A stretch of 64,000 nt of DNA, taken from IMG/VR virus record IMGVR_UViG_3300031760_000018, positions 1-64,000 of that record, one strand, 5' to 3'. Below, in pieces: positions 1-11,986 of this stretch; the first letter of the stretch is position 1, and each line of letters begins with the position of its first letter. Origin of the DNA: a virus. Its lineage: Duplodnaviria > Caudoviricetes. A program made the position numbers and the translations under genes. The notes under the pieces were generated by a model. That model saw only the letters and a list, made by a program, of their open reading frames with translations, ran no database searches and was not told the origin of the DNA.

Positions 1-3000
1 ACCATTAAATACTTCAGCTTTTGAAATCGCCCGTAATTCATAGCCATTCCAACAGGCTAACCATGTAATATCAGAAGCAGCTAATCCTGATTGACTGTAT
101 GCTAATGCAGTACCTGTACCATTATATGAATCTGCAAAATATACTCGATTATTTGTGTCTATTCGTGTTACACAACGTCCAGTGCCAGAGCCATGTGCAG
201 GTATCCAAATACCTCGATCTCCTGCTACAGCAGCATGCGCAAATAAATAAATCGAACCGGCACCAGAACATGCTCCCACATCACGTTCTGCAGTAGTATC
301 TCCATCGATACCTGCCCATAAACTTCCTTTTGGAGTTGTAAAATTACCATTACAGAACTTAGAATAAGTAGAACCAATAATAAGACCTTCAGTATTTCCC
401 CAGGGGTTATTGTCTGTTGCAAATGGAATAATTTGAATTACACCATTAGTATCTCCAGTATTATGGCGTCCAATACCAGGATAATAAGATTTACCATAAG
501 TTGTAGTTTTATCCCAACTTATAATTTGAGTCCAATTTGATGTATCATTCTATATTTGTCTTATTCCACCACTAACATATGTTAATGTAGTCGCACTAAT
601 AGCATTGACTCCAGAATAATAAGCCATTTTATTTGCAGTACCTGCATTTACTGTAGCTTTTAATGTATAAGTTGTTGCAGTTGCTACGCCAGTAGTACTA
701 ATATAAACTGGTTGTTCAGGTCCACCTGCTGCTGTACCAGGAGTACTAGTAACTACTTCGCGCCATGCTTTTTTAGTTGAAATTTGGTCTCTAAATTCCA
801 TACGATTTGCCGCAGTTGAAATAGCTAATTGTGCATCATATCCACCATTATTATCCCAATTCATTTGTAAGACATTAGCATCTCCCATAGGTGGCTTACC
901 ATTATCAGTAGCACTAGTTGATGAAGAAGCTACTAAATGGAACATAGCACCTGCGCCAACATAATTTGCAGCTTTATTTAATGTAGTTGTTGTACCACGT
1001 GCTTCATATAAGTTAAGATAATTAGCTGCAGTAGCAGTACCAGATATATTAATACCCCATGTTCCAGAAGCGCCACCACCTGTTTTAGTTACTGTATATG
1101 TCGTATAATTTATCTAATCCAATACTTGTATCCAACCACTACTATTAGTAGAAGTATTTTGTATTGAACCATTGTTAATACGTTTATAATATAAACTATT
1201 TGCATTAAATGGAATAGCTAAATCAGTATAATAACCTGCATTATTATTATGGTTACATCTTAAAATATGCCACCATACCTTACTGTTACTTGTACCAGTA
1301 GGAGCATCATTAGTTTTAACTGTAGTAGATGGATAGCTACTATGATTAAAATAATTAATGCCGTTCCAAGCATTACTATTACCATAAGTTAATTCATTAT
1401 TTGCACTTAATCGCTTAGTAGTTGTTGCTATTGACCAACCAGAACTACCATCTGCACTAGTACTTCCAGTAGTATCTCCTGTTAATTTAATAGTTCTTGC
1501 ACTACTAAATTTAGTTGCAGTTGAAGCATTGCCACTTAAACTACCATAATATGTACCATCAATGCGCATATTTAATGTAGCTGAATTAGATGTTGCGCTT
1601 GGTGTCAACCAAATTACCCAATCACCAGTATTAGTAATTGGTGTTGCAGAACCACCCTCTGGAGTATAAGTTAAAGTAGAATCACTAAATTTTTCACCCC
1701 AAACCTGTTTAGAACCACTTGGAATATTCCAAGTAGATGCACTTGCGGTTGTAGTGGTTGCAATTGGTTTAAGTAATTTTGCAAAATCTGCCGTACTAAC
1801 TGAAGCTTCACTATATTTTGTGCAAGTTTGAATATCTCCATTAGAATCAATAAAAACTGGTTGTGTACTGCTTCCTATAGCTGTTCCAGCAGTTGAAGTA
1901 GGAATAACTTTCCATGCTGTAGTAGTATTCAAAGCAGAACCATTAAAATTTCTATAATAAATTCGTCCATTAGAACTAAATCCTAATTGACTATCATAAT
2001 TACCAGAATGCTTATTAAAATTGAATATACTATTTGCGTTATTAGAAGCAGGGAATAATCCTGTAATTCCATTAGATACATTATAAGAATATCTTAAATC
2101 ACCAGTCCCACTCGCTGTCGTAATCGCGGCAGAAGTTTCTGTTGCTCCAGATAAAATACTGGTAGTAGTAGCAATAGTCCATCCAGTGGTACCACCATCT
2201 GAACTAGCACTTCCAGTAGTATCTCCTGTTAAAGTAATGGTTTTTGCGCTACTAAATTTACTTGCTGCTGCAACACTTGCATTAGCATAAGCAGTACAAG
2301 GTAAAACTTGTCCAGATGCGCTAACATATACAGGCTAATTTAGACCTCCTGTTGAAGAAGCACTTTTAGCAACAGTAACAACTTCACGCCAACTATTATA
2401 AACAGATGTATATCCATCTGTATCATTACCAGAAGATGAAGCGCTTCTAATTTGCATACGAACAGATTCATTTGCAGCATTAGCAGGGATAGAAATAGCA
2501 ATCTATCCCATTCCTCCACCACTATCCCAAGGAAGATTTAATACAGAAGTATTAAACGATGGAGTGTTTGTTGCATCTTTATTACGTGACGTAGAATCGT
2601 AAATTAACCAAGTTAATTTATTCCCTACTGTTGTAGGATTAAATGCAATAGCTGCAGCACTTGCATTAATATGTCCTTGTCCACTAATACGATCAGTTGT
2701 AGTAGCAATAGACCATCCTGCGTTGGTAGTCCCGCCTGAACCGCTACCAGTTGTATCACCAGTTAATGTAATTGTTTTTGCTGCAGCAAAGCCATTAGAA
2801 GTAGTTGCATTACCTGTAACATTGCCTGTAACATTTCCGGTAACATTACCTGTTAAACTTGCTTTTATTGTCGCAGGTAATTTTAAAGTAAAATTAGCAG
2901 AACCATCTATATCTGTATTCGCTTGAGTATTAGTTCCACTATTATCAGAAACAGTAATAGTACGTTTGGTTCCCCATTTTGCAGTGGTAATATCTGCAGT

Positions 3001-6000
3001 ACCATTAAACGATGTACCATTTATATTTCGCGCATTAGCTAATTTAGTTGCAGTTGCAGCATTACCAGAAATACTAATTCCCCAAGTGCCAGACGCTTTA
3101 TTCTTAATATAATTATAAGCACAAAGCGCAGTTCGTCTATAAACTTTACCTTGAGCATTAGTATCAGAAAATCCATTATCAGAAGCATAAGATGTTAAAA
3201 TTTCAGTCCCATCAGTCCAATTTGAACCACCAGAAATTAAAGAATCCGCGCCTGATTGTTGAATCTCATTCCATTTAGGCCATCTTGTCGCCTAATCAGG
3301 TTTACCAGTTACACCGCTCCAAGCGACTTGACTTGCTGAAGCTGCATTACCAGTAATACTAATTGCCCATTGAGTACCAGATGCTCCTCCTCCTGTTTTA
3401 GTAACTGTATAATTTGTATAATTTGCAGTATCTAATAGCATTCGATCAGCACTCCAAGCAGTTGCATCATTATTTGCAGGTCTCCAATGGATTCCATCTG
3501 TAGCAACTCCATTGGCATCACTATTAAAACGTCGTGCCCAAATTTCCCAACTACGAGAATAATCTCCGCCGACATGTAATATTGCAGCATAAGCCATATT
3601 GGAAATAGTCCCAGTCCAACTTCCTCCGCCACCAGTATATACTGCAGTTTTAGATCTATCTATATCTTCTTCAGTATTTACTGAAGTTGCACTTAAATAC
3701 TTTGTTGTAGTAGCAATACTCCATCCATTTCCACTATTACCACCATTACCTGAACCTGTTGTATCTCCGGTTAAAGTAATAGTTTTTGCAGAAATAAATC
3801 CTGTAGCATTACCATTTAAAGTAGCAGTAATAGTACCTGCACTAAAATTACCACTTGCATCTCTCTTAACAATAGTAGAAGCAGTATTAGTATTTGTTGC
3901 GTTAATCCAAGTTGGTGCAGCAGATCCATTCGCCTAAAGTAAATATCCTGATGTACCCGCCGCAGTTGATGTAACATTTGTTGTTGTGCTATAATAAGCA
4001 ACTCCCCATTGAGTTGCATTGTTTAATGTAGCTTTGAGTGAATAAGTACATGCAGCAGGTATACCATCACCAGTAAAATAAACTGGTTGATTTTGACCAC
4101 CTTTTGCACCACAAGATAATGAAGTAGCAGAACCAGTTAAAGTTCCAGTAAAACCTACTGTAGCTTTAATTTTAGGTGCGATAAACCATTCATTACCTTG
4201 ATTTCCTGCCAAAGTTAAAGAAGCTGGCGCTGCAACAGTATCATAATCACTAAATGTTAAACTAATATTCTAATTTCCTGCCGCATTTTTAAAATAAATA
4301 GCAGGATTTTGAGGACGAGTATTGTTCTAATATGCAACTGTGGCTGAAGTAGATCCTTGTAATACTAAAAATCCATTACGTCCACCATCTTCTGGCGCCG
4401 CGCGATATTCAGTATTGGGATTAGTTCCTAAAAATCCCTAAACATAACGAATCTTGAAAGTTTTACCTTTTAAATTACCACTAGCTGCCTTAATACCAAA
4501 ATAAGAATACTCATAAATACCTCGTTTATCTGGCAACTAATTAGCTCCAGCAGTAGAAGTAGGAGTTCTCAAATTAGCATGTTGATACCATACTTTAGTC
4601 CAAGTATTAGCTGGAATATTTGTACTACTACCTGTATGATTAGTATAAAAATTATTCCCCGTATATCCATCTGCAGCAGTTTCTAAAGCAGTATTTTCAT
4701 CATATCCAAATACTGCATCAACAGGTGACCAAATTTCACAAGTAAGAGTGAAATAATGGCCCCAAGGGATTAATACTTTATTATTTAAAATTACTAATCC
4801 TAAATACGCGGTATCCGCGGCGGTACTTCCACTTGAAACTGTTAATGTATGAGTCGCAGTAAAACGATCATAAACATCTGTAACTCCATTGCCTTGAATT
4901 CCAAGATATGCGGTAGGAATCATATTCTCTCCAGCATAATCCATTTCTGTTACTTTTGGCAATCCGTTTTCTAACCAAATAGGTATAGTTTTACTTCCTA
5001 TTGTAGAACTTCCTAATTTAGTTGCAATACCAACTGTAATATCTGCAGGCTTTTTCCAAGCAGGTAATCCACTAGTTACAGCTAACAAATAATCAGACGT
5101 ACCAATCGCAAGTTTGGCCAAAGTATTTGCGGCAGAAGCATATATTAAATCGCCTTTTGTATATGATGTTAAATTTGTACCGCCTCTTGCAATAGCTAAA
5201 GTACCGGCATTAGCTTTACTTACATCTAAAGCGGTAACAGGGATAGTAATATTACTTGAACCATCAAAAGACGTAGCGGTGCCAGTTGCGCCGCCAGAAA
5301 TAGCGATAGTTTTTGCCGCAGCTAATTTAGTTGCAATATCTGCTGTTCCAGCAGATAGAATTTTCCCAGGTAATATACCATCGGTTCTAATATGATAATT
5401 AGTTCCATCGTAATAAGTCATATAAGAACCCGCTGGTAAAGTATAATTAGTAGAAGAAGAAGCTACACCATTAATATAGATTGGTTTTGCTCCTCGACTA
5501 TTTATATTTAAAGTAAGTGCTCCAGCCGCAGTATTTGCATTTGCTAAAATAAGCATGATATAACTTTGACTCGCTAAAGTATAACTAGAACAACTTGCAC
5601 TTTTTGCGGCGGTTGCTGCTCCAGTAGTACAAATAGCAGAAGGAACTGTATTACTATCGTAATTTGTTCTTGTCCAACGTCCTGTGGCAGATCCAACTGC
5701 AGCTAAACCAGAAGTCGCATTACTAATCCAAGTTAAATGAATAATACTATACTAACCATAATGTGTAGTCTAACGACTATTATTTGTATAAAATACTGGT
5801 TCTGCCGCAGTAGCAACATTGTTTGCTAAAGTTAATTGTAAAGTGGCTGCAGTACCAGTACCAGCAAAAGGTAAATAATAAGCTATTGTTAATCCATCAT
5901 ATAAACTTGATACTTGCGGCAAACTTCCGGTCCAAGCATTTGTTGCCGCAGTCTAAGTTCCTTTAACAAAGAAAATACCATTATTAGATATGCTTGCCCT

Positions 6001-6150
6001 ATTAACAGTTAAAGCGGCCAAATCAACTGATTTGGCCGCACTTCCGTCGTACTCAACGCTCCCACTACCGGTATTAGTGAGGGTTAATTTTTGAGGGTTA
6101 ACACTTTTATGCGTACTAACTCCTGATAATGGCAATCTAAAATCCGCCAT
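1..6150 (-). CDS. Long tail fibre / receptor-binding protein, at least 2050 aa, runs off the window (TAG read as Gln)
   Basis: ATG at 6150 follows AGGAGG. ORF-track pieces 5953-6150, 4537-5556, 3934-4212, 3292-3597, 1114-1932 and 550-945 share one frame, and the piece ends I checked are TAG. It is Thr/Ser/Gly/Ala-rich with repeats such as 'KTITLTGDTTGS..GWSIATT', 'GNA.TA' and 'PVY....G...CT'. A possible carbohydrate-binding segment lies near 4400-4930. Confidence 0.85.
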
Positions 6151-6174
6151 AGAATTAGACCCTCCTTTTTCTCA

Positions 6175-8415
6175 TTATAATAATCTTCTACAAAATACTG
6201 TAATAGTACCAGTAGTAATAGCAGATTCAGATAAAATTTCCAATTTAAGTCCAGTGGTAGAATTAGTAGTGCGTACTGTACGAGCATAAATACGAGAGCC
6301 GCCTAATGTAGATCCTGCTGCGTGAAGTAAAATTTCATCACTATCAGAACCAGATGGAACTGCATCATACCAGCTCATTACACCGGTAAATCTTTCTGCA
6401 CTAAAATCTCCACCAGAAACTGCAATTTGAATCAACCAAGAACCAGTTGACAAATCACCTTTATGACAAACTTCTGTCCAACTATTAGCTGCGATAGAAG
6501 TAAGATTAAATACTTTATCAACGAATACATTACTTACAGCAGTATATGCTCCATTATTTACCTGTGGAGGACGAATATCAAGTTTGAAACTAACATTCGC
6601 AGTACTTTGTCCATAAGTAAATGTCTAAGCAGTACCAGTTGATGCTCCATCAACTCTATGTACTGTATAAGTTAATGTATACTTTAATTTATTAGCAGTG
6701 GTTGCTGTTGTTGCACTAGTAGCATTACCACTTAAAGCACCAGTAAATGTAGTAGCAGTAACAGTACCAAACTTAGCATTTTCTGGCATTTTAAGAACAT
6801 AGCCACTAATTGAAGAACCATCAACAGATACTGCGTCACCAGCATTAGTAGCATCATAATCTTTAATAGTAAAATTACGTGCTGCTGCCCACCTAGTTGC
6901 AGTTGCAGCATTACCAGTAACACTAACTTCAAGAGAAGTACCACATTGAGTAGGAGTACCATCTGCAGCAATATAAATAGGTCTTGTAGAACTACCAACT
7001 TGAGTGTGTCCTAACTTAGTTGCCTCATCAGCGATACCCGTCAAATTACCAGTTACATTTGCAACAATAGCAGCAGGTAATTTTAATGTATATCCACTAA
7101 TGGAAGATCCATCAACAGAAGTATTACTGCCTGTATTAGCACCAGTAGCATCAGAAATTCTGAAATTACGAGCTGCAGTCCACTTGCCTGCGCTATTAGC
7201 TACTTCTGCAGAAGATGCAGCACCTGCGGCAAACTCTGCATAAGCCATATCATTTGCACTTGCACCAACAGAACGTAATGTAGCATCGCTACCTGTTGCA
7301 GCATACAAATAATATAAAGTAGTTTTATTATCAGAATCAACGTAACGAACAGTATCACCAATTTGTAAATCATCAGCAGTGATAGCTGCTTGAATACGTT
7401 GTGTTACAGTTTGTCCACTAGTATATCCAATAGTAACAAATCTTTCTTGTGCTGCTTTTGGAATATGACTAATATCAATAACTCCACTAATTAAAGAAGC
7501 AGGAATATTTGTAATAACAGCAGGTACACCACTACTTTGAATATAAACAGGAGTATTTGTATCACCATAACCAGCAGTTAATGCTCCAGCTTTACCAACA
7601 GTAACATTAGAAGGATTAACCCAAGAAGGAGCATTATTATTACCATTAGATTTTAACAAATAACCAGAAGTACCAAAATCTAATTGCCCAAGAGTAGTAG
7701 TATCAGTAGCATAAATAAGTTTATTTTTAGTCCAAGAGTCTTTACCAGTACCACCTTTATTTACTGGAACAATTGTGGCATAAGTAGTTGCAATAGACCA
7801 TCCACTACTACCATCAGAACTTGCTGAACCAGTAATATCTCCAGTTAAAGCAATTGTTCTTGCACTACTAAATTTAGTTGCTGCAGTAGCAGTTAAACTA
7901 ATACTAGTACACTTAGTAATAGTACCATCCGCGGCGACATATACAGGAATGCTTGCAGAGCCTATTGCCGCAGATGTAGAAATCTTTTTAGCATAATCAG
8001 CAGTACCAGTTAAATCACCTGTGACATTACCAGTAACATTACCAATAAGAGCTGCTTTAATAGTTGATGGCAATGGCAACGTATAACTTGCTGCGCCACC
8101 ATTGACACCAACAGCAGTACCAGTATGACTACCATCACTATCTGAAATCTAAAAATTGTGCGCAGATGCCCAAGTATTGGCGACTGCTGCAGACCCTGCA
8201 GTTGTTGCATAACCTGCGCGCCAAGCATCTAATTTATATCTTGTAACGGCTCCTGTAGAAGCATTTAAGGCATCTACATAAAAAATATTAAAGCCAGTAT
8301 TGTCATTACTTGGTAGCGTAGCATTCTACGCTAAATATATAGTACCATCAATAACGTTGGTGGGGAGGGAGCCCGCCGCACCACGTTTAAACTTTAAGAG
8401 GACCTGGTCCGCCAT
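6175..8415 (-). CDS. Tail fibre protein, 746 aa (TAG=Gln)
   Basis: ATG at 8415 follows AGGAGGG. It begins MADQVLLKFKRG, joins ORFs 6625-8079 and 6175-6453 in frame and ends in TAA. It shares the 'ATKFSSARTIALTGD..GS.SSDGSSGWSIATT' and 'PVY' repeats with the downstream fibre. Confidence 0.85.
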
Positions 8416-8426
8416 AGTCTCCCTCC

Positions 8427-9173
8427 TTATTCTTCAACGATGTCAATCCACATTAATTGCTTTTCTTGAATAGCGGTTCTAAGTTGATTATAAGAATCCA
8501 TAATAATTGCTAATGCTTCAGCATCAACATCAGTATACTATTCTTCAAAATCTTTAAAATCTAATGGTAAAGAACCTACAATTCGAGTTTGGAAAGGAAT
8601 AGTACGTAAACTATAAACAACTTTATAGGTATCTGGAACATCTGATGCAGAAGTCTGCGCAAGAACTTCATCTTCATTCCAAGAATAGCCATTATTATTA
8701 TCGGTTCGATTTGCTTCATTCCAAGTTATATCATTAATATGATAGAAACGAATAGCAAATTGAACATCACCTTGTTTTACAGTTAATCCTGCGTCAATTG
8801 TCCAGTCAAAGATAATCTTATCTTTAAAAGTGGTAAAATCTTTTACAATAACTGGAGCAACGCGAGCTGTACCAAGAGCATTGACATATTCTACAACAAT
8901 AGAGCATCTTGCTAAATCTACATCATCAAACCAACGATCACACATAAAAGTGAGAGTTGTTGCTTTATGTTCATCGATGACACTAATAAAATCTTGGCAT
9001 TCACTTGGAGGAATAATTTTACGACTATCCCAATCAATTTCAAACAAATGAATTTGATCAAGATTTTTTTGCTGCTCCAATGAAGTCACTGTATCCTACA
9101 GTGACTTCAAAACAGCAGCGTATGTATTCTCATAATAGGTGTTACCATCTTTTATAACAGTTCTACGTGCCAT
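8427..9173 (-). CDS. BppU-like baseplate upper / fibre-attachment protein, 248 aa
   Basis: ATG at 9173 follows AAGGAG. TAG readthrough extends ORF 8538-9089 at both ends to TAA at 8427. Motifs 'FEIDWDSRKI', 'LTFMCDRWFDDVDL', 'IIFDWTI' and 'GDVQFAIRF' resemble BppU N-terminal-type domains. Confidence 0.7.
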
Positions 9174-9194
9174 CGCTTACTCACTCCTTACAAC

Positions 9195-11192
9195 TTACTC
9201 ACCATCGTCGAGAGGATCTGGATCTGAAGAAGGAGTTTGATCACCAGGCTCTGCAGGTTCAGTAGTCTCAGAAACATGAGGAGTTGCAGGAGCGTTGGTT
9301 CCAGAAGCGGTATGTTCAAAGATAGTACCTTCACTATCATTGGTATCTACACGATTTAATTGATTATCTAAAGTGAACTGGGTAACAGCAGTTTCACCAG
9401 TGCCACCTTCACGAATTACAGCAGGATCATCATCAAAGACAACTTCAACTGCGGTGAACTGATAGAAACCAGCTTCACGGCACTCAAATGCAAATTCTCC
9501 AGCAGTTACAATATCCTTCAAAATCATAGTAGTATTATAGTCAGGAGAAGTCCACTGTAAACGATAACGAATCTTATGGAACTTATGATGTTCACCCTGA
9601 GTGACGCTAGCAGTCAATACATGAGTGTAAGTATTATATGCACTATTAAGAATAATGCCTTGAGGCTCAATACGAACATCAGCAGTACGAGTTACATCAG
9701 GCTGATAAGAATTGGTTTGATCCTTATTCTTAGTATTGTAAGCAATACAATAGTACAAGCCTTCTGCAGTAGGAGCATAAGTAGAAACTGCATCCTCGCC
9801 GATTTCAGGATTCTGTTCATCAACAATAGTATCTACTCCATCATAAATACGATGCCACTTGAAAGAAATCTTACCATTGACATCGTCACGATCACGTACC
9901 TTAACCTTAAGTACAGTACCAGAGATAGAACCATAGTTAGCATATGCCTTAGAAATTAATTCATCCTCATCAAGCCAAATATTAGTAGGATTAGGAATAA
10001 TAACTGTATCACCAGCATAGATATAACGAACAGTAGAACGACCAGCCATCTGGTTACCAACCATAAGAGAGTAACGGCCAACACCATCTGCATAGTAAAT
10101 AGATTCACGAGCATTTACATCATCAGTTTCATAATGCTCAATGTTCTCACCAGAAACACCCTGCTTAACAGCGTTAATCTGAGCAGCAGTAGCTTCTTCG
10201 CCTTCCTTAGTAAGACTACTATCAGGAATTGGAGAACCATCTTTATACCAAACAAAGCTTAAAGTCTGAGCAGCAGAAGTTGCAGCAGAAGTAGTAGCTA
10301 CAACAGGAAGAGCATAATAACCTTCATTATCCAAATCCTTTTCGCCACCTTCAAGAGGAAGCAAAATAACTGCGGCAGGACTATCAACACTATTTACAAC
10401 GCCAGAATACATTGGACGAGTATAAAGTAAATCTTCCCAAGATTCAGCTACGATAGAACCATCAGTCATATTGAAGTTCAAAGTAGTCTTAATCTCACAA
10501 GTAGCAATCTTAGTTGCATAGTTGTAATCAACTTCATGATTAGCATTAATGCTTAAGAAACGAACAGAGAATTGTAAAGTACCAGCTTCGCCAGATACCT
10601 TCTCACCAATAGGCCAACCAAAGTATACATAATCTTCGTCCCAGGTCATACCATAAGCATAATCAACACCACTTTGGAATTTCTCTTCTTTTGCGGCAGG
10701 ATTATACCATTCAATATAACAGTGCTGTCCAGAATGCTCATTACTATCACCCTGTCCAGGATTTGCGAAAAGAGAAAAGTCCATTAAATCGTAGAAACGA
10801 TTAATGCGGAACCAAACGATTTCAGCAAGCTGATCGCCCTTAACAGTCAAACCATTCTGCTTATATTGAGTAGGAACTTCAATTTCACGAGCATTAGCAT
10901 CAATAATGAAAAGAGGTTCTCCTTCATTAAGAGCATTGCCGCGCTCATCATAAGTTACTTCCACTGGGATGCGTAAAAGATCATAGTAGTTAGTGTTTTG
11001 ACGCAATCCATAAGTCTGAAGAGCAGAAAGATAATCATTCATATTATTGATATGAATTTCAATATTTCTCTCAGAACGAACTACGTTTTCCATTCTTGTG
11101 AACAAAGCTCTATACATATCAGAAGTCTTACGAGCTACTGCATCGGCCTATTCATAAGCAATAGGATCAAGAACATAACCCTTAGTAATCAT
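9195..11192 (-). CDS. BppU-like baseplate protein with C-terminal Ig-like domains, 665 aa
   Basis: ATG at 11192 overlaps the upstream TGA (ATGA). A single TAG lies at codon 15, then ORF 9195-11117 follows. The N-terminal part has 'FIIDANAREIEVP', 'AEIVWFRINRFYD', 'YFGWPI' and 'GTLQFSVRF'. Ig-like motifs follow ('LSFVWYKDG', 'FKWHR', 'EGLYYCIAYN'). Confidence 0.75.
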
Positions 11193-11653
11193 TCATTAGT
11201 TCCCCTTTCTTTAATTTCATTATACATTTTTACAATCTATTCATAATAGCTTTTAACGGCTAAATGAATCTCTTGCGCTAAAGCAGTCTATCGTGTTAGC
11301 GCATACTACTCTGTTTTTAATGTACAAACAAAAGGAGTAGTAGTTAAAAATACTTCACAATCATCACTAAGGCACAAAATTCTCATTTGAACTTTTTCAT
11401 CTTCTAATCGAATCTTCTGTCCAGGGACAATGTGATAAGTGGTGTGAGTTTTGCTATAAGGACGAACGACAGTTAATCTTAATATATCAGATAAGTTACT
11501 TTTTTGTCCTCGCAAAATCACATATAATTGATTACCTTTAGTTATGGAGTTTTCTACATTAAAGTTTAATTCATCAATAGATAAATTTCCGCCAGGTGCT
11601 ACACCTATTGGTTGTAACTTTAAATCTTTACTTACCATCATATTAAGTGCCAT
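11189..11653 (-). CDS. Hypothetical protein, 154 aa
   Basis: AAGGAG RBS and ATG at 11653. Reading through three TAGs reaches TGA at 11189, which overlaps the next ATG. Confidence 0.75.
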
Positions 11654-11673
11654 TCTCTCAACTCCTTTTACGC

Positions 11674-11709
11674 AAAAAAGCGGGGCTTCTCAAAAATAAG
11701 AAGCCCCAC
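11674..11709 (-). terminator. Intrinsic terminator
   Basis: Minus strand reads GTGGGGCTTCT-tatttttg-AGAAGCCCCGC followed by TTTTTT. Confidence 0.8.
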
Positions 11710-11716
11710 TAACTTC

Positions 11717-11765
11717 TCTAAATAATATCAAAAACAATAAACATTATTTAGCTATTTCCACCCAA
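11717..11765 (-). promoter_or_regulatory. Candidate phage late-promoter motif, copy C
   Basis: TTGGGT-N26-TTTTGA-N8-AGA. The same layout recurs at 23132-23180 and 41370-41419. Confidence 0.5.
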
Positions 11766-11966
11766 AGGTACTTCTTCCCACTGATCAATATCCTCTTCAG
11801 GAATTAAAACAGTATGAACCAAGCTATCTCCATCAACACGCTTGAGCGCATGCTGAGAATCTGCGGTGATTCTCAACATGCGTACGTAATAAACGTCCTC
11901 AAGATGGATGGGAGTATCTAAAGTTCCATTTGTACCTAAGTAACGATACCATACTTCTTTCTTCAC
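11748..11966 (-). CDS. Small hypothetical protein, 72 aa (possible assembly chaperone for the upstream giant protein)
   Basis: GTG start after AGGGAG, TAA stop, no TAG. The function is guessed from position only. Confidence 0.7.
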   Translation of the reverse strand: MKKEVWYRYLGTNGTLDTPIHLEDVYYVRMLRITADSQHALKRVDGDSLVHTVLIPEEDIDQWEEVPLGGNS

Positions 11967-11986
11967 GTTACTTTACTCCCTTCTTA

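Noticed and set aside
1-8415. Diversity-generating retroelement or invertase-based fibre switching
   Set aside because: I saw no reverse transcriptase or recombinase and no near-identical repeat pair differing only at adenines. The fibre C-terminus lies outside the window, so this cannot be excluded for the genome.
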